Positions 20,455 to 29,570 of a stretch of DNA of 64,000 bases are shown piece by piece; positions within the stretch are counted from its first letter, which is position 1; every line of letters begins with the position of its first letter. Both the position numbers and the translations under genes were made by a program. The notes under the pieces are model-generated. The model did no database searches. It saw only the letters and a program-made list of their open reading frames with translations, and was not told the origin of the DNA. The stretch is from Salinivirgaceae bacterium (GTDB taxonomy: Bacteria > Bacteroidota > Bacteroidia > Bacteroidales > SZUA-534), in assembly GCA_024405635.1 (NCBI GenBank), contig JAKSOL010000001.1, forward strand, positions 32,001-96,000, in the 5' to 3' direction.

Positions 20455-21033
20455 ATGCTTACAGGCCTTTATTTTGGATCTTTTAATCCCATACACATTG
20501 GACATTTGGCGTTGGCAAACTATATAACAGCCTACACCGATGTTGACGAAGTATGGTTTGTAGTGAGTCCGCAAAACCCATTTAAGCAGCGCGAACAATT
20601 GCTTGATGACCAGCAACGTTTGCATTTGGTGAACATTGCTTTGCGAGATTTTCCAAAGTTTCGCTCATCAAACATTGAGTTCTCGATGCCAAAACCTTCG
20701 TACACCATTGATACACTGGCATACCTGCGTGAAAAATTCCCAACACATGATTTTACTTTAATTATGGGTGAAGATAATCTTGTCAATTTTCACAAATGGA
20801 AAAATGCTGATTTGATTTTGAAAGATTATTCTTTGACTGTTTATCCGCGTCCAAATTGTACAAAAACCGAAATGCACAATCATCCAAAAGTAAAATTGAT
20901 TGATGCTCCAAAAATTGAAATATCATCGAGTTTTATTCGTCAAAGCATAGCAGAAGGACGCAATGTGCAATTCTTTGTACCAGAGGCAGTTTGGAAATAT
21001 ATCGATGAGATGAATTTTTATAAGAAACGTTGA
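20455..21033 (+). CDS. nadD: Nicotinate-nucleotide adenylyltransferase
   Basis: FGSFNPIHIGH, PSYTIDTL and ISSSFIR. Confidence 0.96.
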   Translation: MLTGLYFGSFNPIHIGHLALANYITAYTDVDEVWFVVSPQNPFKQREQLLDDQQRLHLVNIALRDFPKFRSSNIEFSMPKPSYTIDTLAYLREKFPTHDFTLIMGEDNLVNFHKWKNADLILKDYSLTVYPRPNCTKTEMHNHPKVKLIDAPKIEISSSFIRQSIAEGRNVQFFVPEAVWKYIDEMNFYKKR

Positions 21034-21035
21034 AT

Positions 21036-22040
21036 ATGAAAAAGGCTTGGATACTTTCAATATTTCTGTTTTTACTAGTTTGTGGATGCTCAAAAAATCG
21101 TTGGGATATAAAAATCGATGTCAATAACGAGTTGGAAATCAATCGTTTTGAACAAGATTTGTTTTCGGTTAATCCCGATAGCGTATGGCAGTCGGTTCCA
21201 AAGCTTGAGCAAAAATATGGAGCATTTTTCGACCTTTTTAACGAGCAAATTATACGCATCGGTGGTACAAACCAAATGGATTATGATAGCCGTCTATCTG
21301 GTTTTTTGACCGATATGGATATCACTGGAATGTTAGCTGAAGTTAACCGAGTGTTTGGTACAGGCAAACTGCCATTTTCTAATGAATTAACTGAAGCTTG
21401 GTCTCGTTTTAATTTCTATTTTCCTGAGATACAGGCTCCTAATGTGCAAACACATCTTTCAGGGCTTAATCAAAGTATGGTTGTCGATTCGGGATTAATA
21501 AGTGTTAGTCTTGACAAATATTTGGGAGCTAACAACAAATATTACCAAATGTTGCGGTTGCCCCAATATCAGCAAAAGAATATGCATCCGCAAAAAATAG
21601 CAACCGATGTGGTGTTGGCGCTTGGCACATCAGAGTTTGAGTTTAACCCAATAACCGACAATATGTTGTCTAATATGCTGTATTACGGTAAATTACACGT
21701 ACTTATTGATGCGTTGTTGCCTAATGTTGACGAAACTTTAAAGTGGGGTTATACCGAACAACAACTTGAGTGGTGTCGTAAAAACGAGCAATCGATGTGG
21801 TTATCAATTGTTGACAAAAAGGCATTGTTTAGCACTTCGGGGCGAGAAATAAGTCGAATGGTAGGCGAAGGTCCGTTTACAGCATCGTTTTCGCAAAAAT
21901 CGCCAGGTGGAGTTGGTCAATGGATTGGCTATCAGATAGTAATGTCATATCTCGATCATAATTCGCAAGTTACACTTCAGCAACTGATGCGCGAAAACGA
22001 TTATCAAAAAATTTTGAACGAGTCGCATTATAGACCATAA
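21036..22040 (+). CDS. gldB: Gliding-motility lipoprotein GldB-like
   Basis: Lipobox (LVCGC), RFEQDLF, VSLDKYLG, YYGK and SPGGVGQWIGYQIV..Y. Confidence 0.85.
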   Translation: MKKAWILSIFLFLLVCGCSKNRWDIKIDVNNELEINRFEQDLFSVNPDSVWQSVPKLEQKYGAFFDLFNEQIIRIGGTNQMDYDSRLSGFLTDMDITGMLAEVNRVFGTGKLPFSNELTEAWSRFNFYFPEIQAPNVQTHLSGLNQSMVVDSGLISVSLDKYLGANNKYYQMLRLPQYQQKNMHPQKIATDVVLALGTSEFEFNPITDNMLSNMLYYGKLHVLIDALLPNVDETLKWGYTEQQLEWCRKNEQSMWLSIVDKKALFSTSGREISRMVGEGPFTASFSQKSPGGVGQWIGYQIVMSYLDHNSQVTLQQLMRENDYQKILNESHYRP

Positions 22041-22141
22041 AAATTGGGTGGTAAAGCGATTGTGTAAACTCAAAATATAGGTGTAAATACGTATTTGCTT
22101 TTGCATAGCAGTTGGCATTTTTGCGCTAAATACGTATAAAT

Positions 22142-23437
22142 ATGAGCGAAACATTCAAACCTACTGAGTATAAATTAGTTAACGTGGCCGATGGTCGCGA
22201 ATTAGAAGATACAGGCTGGACATTAGCCGATCCACAATCGGAAAAACCTTCGTTGGTTAGAGCCGTTTATGCAAACAAAAAGTTTGAGCCACGTGAAGAT
22301 CTTGACGGTTTTTATCGTTATGCCAATTGGTTGCCAATAAAACGTACTCTTAGCAACTCGCATGCTCCTGTTACTTTTAAGAGCGAAGGCTTAGCTAAAT
22401 ATTTAGGCTTGAATAACTTGTATATCACATTTTCGGGTTATTTTCCAAAACGAGGAGCTTTGCTCGAAACATGCTCATTTAAAGAAACTGAAGCTTATTC
22501 GGTTTGTGCGCGTTTGCCAAAAGACAACAACAAAATTCTAGTTGTAGCATCGGCAGGAAACACAGCCCGCGCTTTTGCCAAAGTTTGTTCCGACAACAAC
22601 ATTCCATTATTGCTTTCGGTTCCAGAAGACAACATGTCGGCACTTTGGTTCAAAAAACCACTCAACGATTGTGTTAAGATAATAGCAGCGCCAAAGGGCT
22701 CTGATTATTTTGATGCTATAGCGCTAGGCGATGCGGCTTGCAAGTCGCCAATGTTTATGGCTGAGGGCGGTGCAAAAAATATAGCTCGTCGCGACGGAAT
22801 GGGAACAACTTTGTTGTCGGCTGTTGAAAAAATTGGTCGTATTCCTGATGCATATTTCCAAGCCGTAGGTTCAGGTACAGGCGCAATTGCTGCTTGGGAA
22901 AACAGCCTACGTTTAATAGAAGATGGTCGATTTGGAAGCAAAAAGATGAAACTATTTCCATCACAAAACGATCCATTTACCATTATGTACGATTCGTGGA
23001 AACTAAATCAACGTCAATTGGTTGATTTGTCGCCAGAGGATGCTCGCTCACAAGCAGCAATAATTCACGCAAAAGTATTGTCAAACCGCAAACCTCCATA
23101 TTCGTTGGCCGGTGGTTTGTTTGATGCAATTAAAGATGCTGGTGGCGATATGTATAAAATTAGCAATTCCGAAATTGAAAAATGGCAAGCAATCTTCAAA
23201 AAAGAAGAAGGAATTGACATTTATTCGGCCGCAGCAGTAGCCACAGCAAGTTTGCAGCATGCTATTGAAGACAAAGCAATTAGTGCCGACGATGTGGTTA
23301 TGCTAAACATTACAGGTGGCGGCGAAGAATTAGCAAAATCAGAAGGCAATGTTATTTATGCAAAACCACATTTGGTTCTAGATCCATCGTTGCCAGAAAG
23401 CGAAATAATACAAAAAGTTGAAGCTCTTTTTAAATAG
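22142..23437 (+). CDS. Cysteate synthase (PLP-dependent, threonine-synthase fold)
   Basis: TCSFKETEA (PLP Lys), VASAGNTARAF, NIARRDGMGT, YFQAVGSGTG and VLSNRKPPY. Confidence 0.88.
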   Translation: MSETFKPTEYKLVNVADGRELEDTGWTLADPQSEKPSLVRAVYANKKFEPREDLDGFYRYANWLPIKRTLSNSHAPVTFKSEGLAKYLGLNNLYITFSGYFPKRGALLETCSFKETEAYSVCARLPKDNNKILVVASAGNTARAFAKVCSDNNIPLLLSVPEDNMSALWFKKPLNDCVKIIAAPKGSDYFDAIALGDAACKSPMFMAEGGAKNIARRDGMGTTLLSAVEKIGRIPDAYFQAVGSGTGAIAAWENSLRLIEDGRFGSKKMKLFPSQNDPFTIMYDSWKLNQRQLVDLSPEDARSQAAIIHAKVLSNRKPPYSLAGGLFDAIKDAGGDMYKISNSEIEKWQAIFKKEEGIDIYSAAAVATASLQHAIEDKAISADDVVMLNITGGGEELAKSEGNVIYAKPHLVLDPSLPESEIIQKVEALFK

Positions 23438-23457
23438 TAGATAATCAATGTTTTGAT

Positions 23458-23489
23458 AAAAAGCCGTGCCTTAAAGCGCGGCTTTTTTT
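23458..23489 (+). terminator. Intrinsic terminator
   Basis: AAAAAGCCGTGC-loop-GCGCGGCTTTTTTT. Confidence 0.8.
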
Positions 23490-23654
23490 GTTTTGTTATG
23501 GTTTAAAAAAGATTTGAAATTTTAATTAGAACCGATTGCCCATCAAGCCTAATTTTTTTTTGATAAAGTTGACTTCCTAAAAAAGCCAAGGTCCTTTATA
23601 TGATGCGGTTTAGATGGTAATTTTAGGTTGTTGATTCTGTTTGATAAAAAAAGA

Positions 23655-23694
23655 CGTTAACGTTAACGAATGGCGCAATAGCTTTTTATATTTG
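23655..23694 (+). promoter_or_regulatory. nifJ promoter: perfect palindrome CGTTAACGTTAACG (23655-23668) plus -7 box TATATTTG (23687-23694)
   Basis: Both motifs were read directly; the TAnnTTTG box lies about 95 nt before the ATG. Confidence 0.55.
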
Positions 23695-23788
23695 CGAATT
23701 AGCATACACATTTTATGTGGTATGATTTTTGAGAAAGATAAGAGATAAAACGAAACATCTAATAGTTTGAATTTTAAATATTTATAAA

Positions 23789-26700
23789 ATGGCAAAAGAG
23801 AAAAAATTCATCACATGTGATGGAAACCAAGCCGCAGCTCATGTGGCCTACATGTTCTCCGAGGTTGCAGCCATCTACCCAATTACTCCGTCATCAACCA
23901 TGGCAGAGTATGTTGACGAGTGGGCAGCACAAGGACGCAAGAATATTTTTGGTGAAACAGTGTTAGTGCAAGAAATGCAAAGCGAGGGTGGAGCAGCAGG
24001 AGCTGTTCACGGTTCATTGCAAGCAGGAGCTCTAACAACCACTTTCACAGCATCGCAAGGTTTGTTGCTGATGATTCCAAATATGTACAAAATTGCAGGT
24101 GAATTTTTGCCAAGCGTGTTCCATGTTTCAGCACGTACATTGGCTTCTCACTCGCTATGTATTTTTGGTGACCATCAAGACGTTATGGCTTGCCGTCAAA
24201 CCGGTTTTGCAATGTTGGCTGAGGGTTCAGTACAAGAGGTTATGGACCTTGCAGGTGTTGCTCACCTTTCAACCATCAAAAGCCGTGTGCCTTTCTTGAA
24301 CTTCTTTGATGGTTTCCGTACTTCACACGAGATTCAAAAGATTGAAATGCTTGAGAACGATGACCTAGCTGGTCTTATCGATCAAAAAGCATTGGCTGAA
24401 TTCCGTAGCCGTGCTCTTACTCCTGAGCATCCAGTTGCTCGTGGTATGGCAGAAAACCCTGATACATTCTTTACACATCGTGAGAGCTGCAACCCATATT
24501 ACGAAGCAGTTCCTGCAATTGTTGAGGAATACATGAACAAAGTGAGCGAAATAACAGGTCGTTCATATCATTTGTTCGATTATTATGGTGCTGCTGATGC
24601 AGAGCGTGTGATTGTAGCAATGGGTTCGGTAACCGAGTGCATTCGCGAAACAATTGACTATCTTGCTGCAAAAGGTGAGAAAGTTGGTTTGGTTGCAGTT
24701 CACTTGTATCGCCCATTCTCAGTTAAACACTTGTTGGCTGCAGTTCCAAAATCGTGCAAAGTTCTTACTGTACTTGACCGCACTAAAGAACCAGGAGCAA
24801 ATGGCGAACCATTATTGCTTGACGTTAAAGACGCATTTTATGGCGTTGAGGGCGCTCCAGTAATTGTTGGAGGTCGTTATGGTTTGGGTTCAAACGATAC
24901 CACACCTGCTCAAATTATTGCTGTTTACAAAAACATGGCTCTACCAACACCAAAAGATCACTTTACCGTTGGTATTGTTGACGATGTTACATTTACTAGC
25001 CTTCCAAAAGAAGAGGAAGTTGCAGTTGGTGGACAAGGCATGTTTGAGGGTAAATTCTATGGCTTGGGTGCTGATGGTACTGTTGGTGCAAACAAAAACT
25101 CAATCAAGATTATTGGTGAAACAACTGATAAACGTTGCCAAGCTTACTTCTCATACGACTCTAAAAAATCGGGAGGTTTCACTTGCTCGCACTTGCGTTT
25201 TGGCGACAGCCCAATCCGTTCAACATACTTGGTAAACACACCAAACTTTGTTGCATGCCACGTGCAAGCTTACTTGCACATGTACGACGTGACCAAAGGT
25301 TTGCAAAAGAATGGTTCGTTCTTGTTGAACACCATTTGGGACGGCGAAGAATTGGCAAATAACTTGCCAAACAAAGTGAAAGCTTACTTTGCTAAAAACA
25401 ACATTAAAGTTTACTATATCAACGCAACCAAAATTGCACAAGAGATTGGTCTAGGTAACCGTACCAACACTATTCTTCAATCGGCATTCTTCCGCATTAC
25501 TGGTGTTATTCCAGTTGAGAAAGCAGTTGAGGAGATGAAACACTTTATTGTAAAATCGTACGGCAAAAAAGGCGAAGACGTTGTAAACAAAAACTATGCA
25601 GCTGTTGACCGAGGTGGCGAGTACAAAGAGTTGGCAGTTGATCCAGCTTGGGCAAACTTGGCCGAGGACAAAAAAGCAGCAAACAACGATCCTGATTTCA
25701 TCAACAACGTAGTTCGTGTAATCAACGCACAAGATGGCGATACACTTCCAACTTCGGCATTTAAAGGCATTGAGGATGGTACATGGCCACAAGGTACTGC
25801 AGCATACGAAAAACGTGGTGTATCGGCATTCGTTCCACAATGGAATGCTGCAGATTGTACAGAGTGTAACCGTTGCGCATTTGTTTGTCCTCACGCTTGC
25901 ATCCGCCCATTGGTAATGGATGCTGAAGAGGCTAAAGGCATTAAAGGTGAGGTTCGCGAAATGAAAGCTCCAGCTACAATGAAGGGCATGATGTTCCGTA
26001 TGCAAGTTGGTGTAATGGACTGCTTGGGTTGCGGCAACTGTATTGATGTTTGCTTGGGCAACAACGAGGAGAAAGGCAAAAATGCTCTTAAAATGGTTCC
26101 ATTTGATCCAGAATCAGAGTCAGCTAAAGTTGAGGCTGCTAACTGGGAGTATGGCGTTAAGAACGTTACCAGCAAACAAGATTTGGTTGACATTACCGCA
26201 AACGCTAAAAACTCACAATTTGCACAACCATTGTTTGAGTTCTCGGGTGCATGCTCTGGTTGCGGTGAAACACCATACGTTAAACTTGTAAGCCAATTGT
26301 TTGGCGACCGCCAAATGGTTGCAAATGCTACAGGTTGCTCGTCAATCTATTCAGGTTCAATTCCTTCAACTCCTTACACAACCAACGCTAAAGGTCAAGG
26401 TCCAGCTTGGGCAAACTCATTGTTTGAGGACTTCTGCGAGTTTGGTCTTGGTATGGATTTGGCAAACGAGAAGATGCGCAAACGCATCGAGTCTTTGTTG
26501 AACAAAATGATTGAAAGCGACAAATCGTCAGAGGGTTACAAAGAGGCAGCAAAAGAGTGGATTGCAAACAAAGATACCGCGTCAGGTAGCCGCGCTGCAG
26601 CTGAAAAGTTGATTCCATTTATTAAAGAGAGTGCTGCAGCTGGTTGCCCAGTTTGCAAACAACTTGACGAAATGAGCCACTTCCTTGTAAAACGTTCGCA

Positions 26701-27349
26701 ATGGATTATTGGTGGTGACGGTGCTTCATACGATATCGGTTACGGAGGTCTTGACCATGTTATTGCATCTGGTCGCGACGTAAATATCTTGGTTCTTGAT
26801 ACCGAGGTTTACTCAAACACCGGTGGCCAATCGTCAAAAGCAACACCTCTTGGTGCTATTGCAAAATTTGCTGCATCGGGTAAACGTGTTCGCAAAAAAG
26901 ACCTTGGTATGATTGCTACAACTTATGGTTATGTTTATGTAGCTCAAGTTGCAATGGGCGCTGACCAAGCACAAACACTTAAAGCTTTGAAAGAGGCTGA
27001 AGCTTATCCAGGTCCTTCAATCGTTATTGCATACGCTCCATGTATCAACCACGGTTTGAAGAAAGGTATGGGTCACGCACAAGCTGAGGAAGCTGCAGCT
27101 GTAAAATGCGGTTACTGGCACTTGTGGCGCTTCAACCCAGCACTTGAGGCTGAAGGTAAAAACCCATTCACTCTTGACTCAAAAGAGCCAGATTGGAGCG
27201 GATTCCAAACATTCCTTGAGGGTGAGGTTCGCTTTGCATCAGTTAAGAAACAATTCCCAACTGAGGCAGCTGAACTTTACGCAGCATGCGAGGAAATGGC
27301 TAAAAAACGCTATCAATCGTACATTCGCATGACCAAGATGGAATACTAA
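23789..27349 (+). CDS. nifJ: Pyruvate:ferredoxin/flavodoxin oxidoreductase
   Basis: YPITPSS, MQSEGGAAG, two CxxCxxCxxxC ferredoxin motifs, ACSGCGE, GGDG...N TPP motif and APCINHG. Confidence 0.97.
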   Translation: MAKEKKFITCDGNQAAAHVAYMFSEVAAIYPITPSSTMAEYVDEWAAQGRKNIFGETVLVQEMQSEGGAAGAVHGSLQAGALTTTFTASQGLLLMIPNMYKIAGEFLPSVFHVSARTLASHSLCIFGDHQDVMACRQTGFAMLAEGSVQEVMDLAGVAHLSTIKSRVPFLNFFDGFRTSHEIQKIEMLENDDLAGLIDQKALAEFRSRALTPEHPVARGMAENPDTFFTHRESCNPYYEAVPAIVEEYMNKVSEITGRSYHLFDYYGAADAERVIVAMGSVTECIRETIDYLAAKGEKVGLVAVHLYRPFSVKHLLAAVPKSCKVLTVLDRTKEPGANGEPLLLDVKDAFYGVEGAPVIVGGRYGLGSNDTTPAQIIAVYKNMALPTPKDHFTVGIVDDVTFTSLPKEEEVAVGGQGMFEGKFYGLGADGTVGANKNSIKIIGETTDKRCQAYFSYDSKKSGGFTCSHLRFGDSPIRSTYLVNTPNFVACHVQAYLHMYDVTKGLQKNGSFLLNTIWDGEELANNLPNKVKAYFAKNNIKVYYINATKIAQEIGLGNRTNTILQSAFFRITGVIPVEKAVEEMKHFIVKSYGKKGEDVVNKNYAAVDRGGEYKELAVDPAWANLAEDKKAANNDPDFINNVVRVINAQDGDTLPTSAFKGIEDGTWPQGTAAYEKRGVSAFVPQWNAADCTECNRCAFVCPHACIRPLVMDAEEAKGIKGEVREMKAPATMKGMMFRMQVGVMDCLGCGNCIDVCLGNNEEKGKNALKMVPFDPESESAKVEAANWEYGVKNVTSKQDLVDITANAKNSQFAQPLFEFSGACSGCGETPYVKLVSQLFGDRQMVANATGCSSIYSGSIPSTPYTTNAKGQGPAWANSLFEDFCEFGLGMDLANEKMRKRIESLLNKMIESDKSSEGYKEAAKEWIANKDTASGSRAAAEKLIPFIKESAAAGCPVCKQLDEMSHFLVKRSQWIIGGDGASYDIGYGGLDHVIASGRDVNILVLDTEVYSNTGGQSSKATPLGAIAKFAASGKRVRKKDLGMIATTYGYVYVAQVAMGADQAQTLKALKEAEAYPGPSIVIAYAPCINHGLKKGMGHAQAEEAAAVKCGYWHLWRFNPALEAEGKNPFTLDSKEPDWSGFQTFLEGEVRFASVKKQFPTEAAELYAACEEMAKKRYQSYIRMTKMEY

Positions 27350-27371
27350 TCCATCTTTGCCATAAAAATTG

Positions 27372-27409
27372 AACCGCCCTTGTGCCATTAGGTGCAAGGG
27401 CGGTTTTTT
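27372..27409 (+). terminator. nifJ intrinsic terminator
   Basis: AACCGCCCTTGTGCC-ATTA-GGTGCAAGGGCGGTT followed by a T tract. Confidence 0.9.
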
Positions 27410-27720
27410 AATGAAAATTGTAATATGGGCTAATTATTAAAAAGACATTATAGTATTTAATGCACATTTTAAAGTACGAGAGTGCTTGTTGTTTTTTTTA
27501 GATCATAGGATGTAATGCATGCCGTGATTGTGGTATATAATTTCATGAATATATTTTGGTTATGGCGTCAGATTCATTGAGTTTTTCAATTTCTTTTTGT
27601 CTTCATATAATATTATCATTTGCGTCAACTTGCAAAATGTACAGAAAATGCAAAAGTTAATTTTGTCAAATTTGTAGCACAGAAACGTATTCTTTGCCAA
27701 AAAAATCGTTTATTTGCCAT

Positions 27721-28090
27721 AACACACACGCTGAGGGCTCCAAACAATAGAGTGCGGGCGTGTATGTGAACATATACAAGACTGGCGTTTATTTTCGCCT
27801 TGTCAGTTGACTATTCGAAACTACCACTTTTGAATTTACAGCCAATGACATGGTAAGAGGTAGATGCCACGGGGTGGTATATTCACTCCGTAGTGTGCTG
27901 TGAGCAATGCTCATAGTACACTTATGGGGTCATATATATCCAACAGCGTGGGTGTCTCTCTTTCTGTCTAGCTGTAAAGGCTGTGGTAGGCCTCGGATAG
28001 TGGACAGACGGAGTAAGACTTCCACGTTTTTGTTTTGTATATGGGGAGAATAGTACATATAGGAAACTAGTCATCGGGAGTCTGACTATA
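27721..28090 (+). ncRNA. Candidate large structured RNA (leader or sRNA) preceding the Hsp70-kinase operon
   Basis: Nested helices: 27771-27782/28032-28043, 27810-27818/27993-28001, 27821-27827/27983-27989, 27835-27842/27971-27978 and 27855-27859/27958-27962. Internal hairpins at 27869-27891 and 27892-27922. Imperfect pairs are G-U on the + strand. Confidence 0.7.
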
Positions 28091-28105
28091 GGAAAGGCAC
28101 AAAGC

Positions 28106-29566
28106 ATGTCTAACATTATAGCAAATAACCCATATCGATTCCTTGGTATATATTCCAATTCATCCATCAAGGATCGTGTCGCCAATGCAAATAAAATAAA
28201 GGCATACTCTAAAGTTGGCAAAAACATAGAATTCCCTTCGGATTTAAACCACATGCTTCCTGCCGTCCATCGTGATATGGACGAATTAGAAAAAGCATCT
28301 GCCAGTTTGAATATGCCAATAGACCAGCTTAAGAATGCCTTTTTCTGGTTTGTTAATGCCACATCGATGGATGGCATTGCATTGGGACATTTGCAATCTG
28401 GTGATACAGATAAAGCTATTGACATCTTCGGCAAAAAGGAAACCTTCTCATCTCTTCTTAATCTAGCCGTAATTGCTTCTATACAAGGTGACAAAAAAAG
28501 GTACGTTACAAATCTTATTAAGATTATCCATGACGAAACATACCGCACAGGCCTCATCTGTGCCGTTTGTGGAGATACATTTCATATTGATGAAGATGAA
28601 TTAATCCATCTTTTCATAGACGAACTGGCGAAAGTTGCCAATGCATCCGAGCTGCCATCATTGTTCGAAAATCCACATTCAACAAGTGAAGACAAAAACT
28701 ATGTCGCAAAGCTATCCATTGGTGAACCTATCTCTGCAATAAACAATGCTATTGCGACAGCAAAAGACGCGAACAACGATGCAGAATCCCAGTTTAATGC
28801 AGGATTACTACTCATGACTTCAACAAAGAAGCATCTTGATGTAGTTAAATCCACATTGGGGACTGACGACTTGCAATATCAAATGCTGGCAGACAAGTTG
28901 GCACAGACCATCCTTCAATGCGGCATCAACTATTACAACAAAACAGACGAAGATGACTACATCTCCATTGATAAAGCATACAAATTGCAGCACTATGCAG
29001 AAACTGTTGCTGTCGGTTCGATGCTAAAAAGCAGATGCAAAGAGAATGTGGATATTCTAAATAAGAAAAAGAAAGATTTACCTCCCAAGGAAGTAGCTTC
29101 TGAAGTTAAATACATAACCAACGAGTTAGTCAAATTCTGTAAGTTGCCTGACAAAATATGTCATGCCAAGGATTTGCTTAACAACACAAAGCCTCATCTA
29201 CAAAGCATGAAGGCTAAATTAGGAACATACAACGATTACTACTTAAAAATATCTACAGGCATCGTCAGCAAGGCACTTCAAAATATTATTGAGGAAGTTA
29301 ATGCCGTGCAAAATCTAGACTACTTAGCCATACCAGAAGTCTTTAAATCAGCATGGGAAGCCACTTTGTTAATGGATAAATTTGATATGGAAAGTGACTT
29401 CAAGTCTAGTCGCTATAACATGAATCGCACCACACTAAAAAAAATGTGCGATGAACTAGGCATAAAAACAAGCACTAGCATTTTCAACAACAGTGACGAA
29501 AACTGGGGGTGTTGGATAGTCGCAGCAATCGTTTTTATAATCATCTGTATCTCACAATGTCATTAA
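28106..29566 (+). CDS. All-helical protein with a J-domain-like N-terminus (no HPD) and a C-terminal TM anchor
   Basis: The NNPYRFLG start resembles J-domain helix I; helical repeats follow; the tail is WGCWIVAAIVFIIICISQCH. Confidence 0.6.
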   Translation: MSNIIANNPYRFLGIYSNSSIKDRVANANKIKAYSKVGKNIEFPSDLNHMLPAVHRDMDELEKASASLNMPIDQLKNAFFWFVNATSMDGIALGHLQSGDTDKAIDIFGKKETFSSLLNLAVIASIQGDKKRYVTNLIKIIHDETYRTGLICAVCGDTFHIDEDELIHLFIDELAKVANASELPSLFENPHSTSEDKNYVAKLSIGEPISAINNAIATAKDANNDAESQFNAGLLLMTSTKKHLDVVKSTLGTDDLQYQMLADKLAQTILQCGINYYNKTDEDDYISIDKAYKLQHYAETVAVGSMLKSRCKENVDILNKKKKDLPPKEVASEVKYITNELVKFCKLPDKICHAKDLLNNTKPHLQSMKAKLGTYNDYYLKISTGIVSKALQNIIEEVNAVQNLDYLAIPEVFKSAWEATLLMDKFDMESDFKSSRYNMNRTTLKKMCDELGIKTSTSIFNNSDENWGCWIVAAIVFIIICISQCH

Positions 29567-29570
29567 AAAT

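Noticed and set aside
27721-28090. Retron msr-msd, group II intron or CRISPR interpretation of the structured RNA
   Set aside because: There is no reverse transcriptase or cas gene in the window, no repeat-spacer periodicity, and no recognisable intron domain V.
27922-28557. 211-aa minus-strand ORF overlapping the RNA element and the first island gene
   Set aside because: Antisense shadow of the 486-aa gene with no recognisable motifs.
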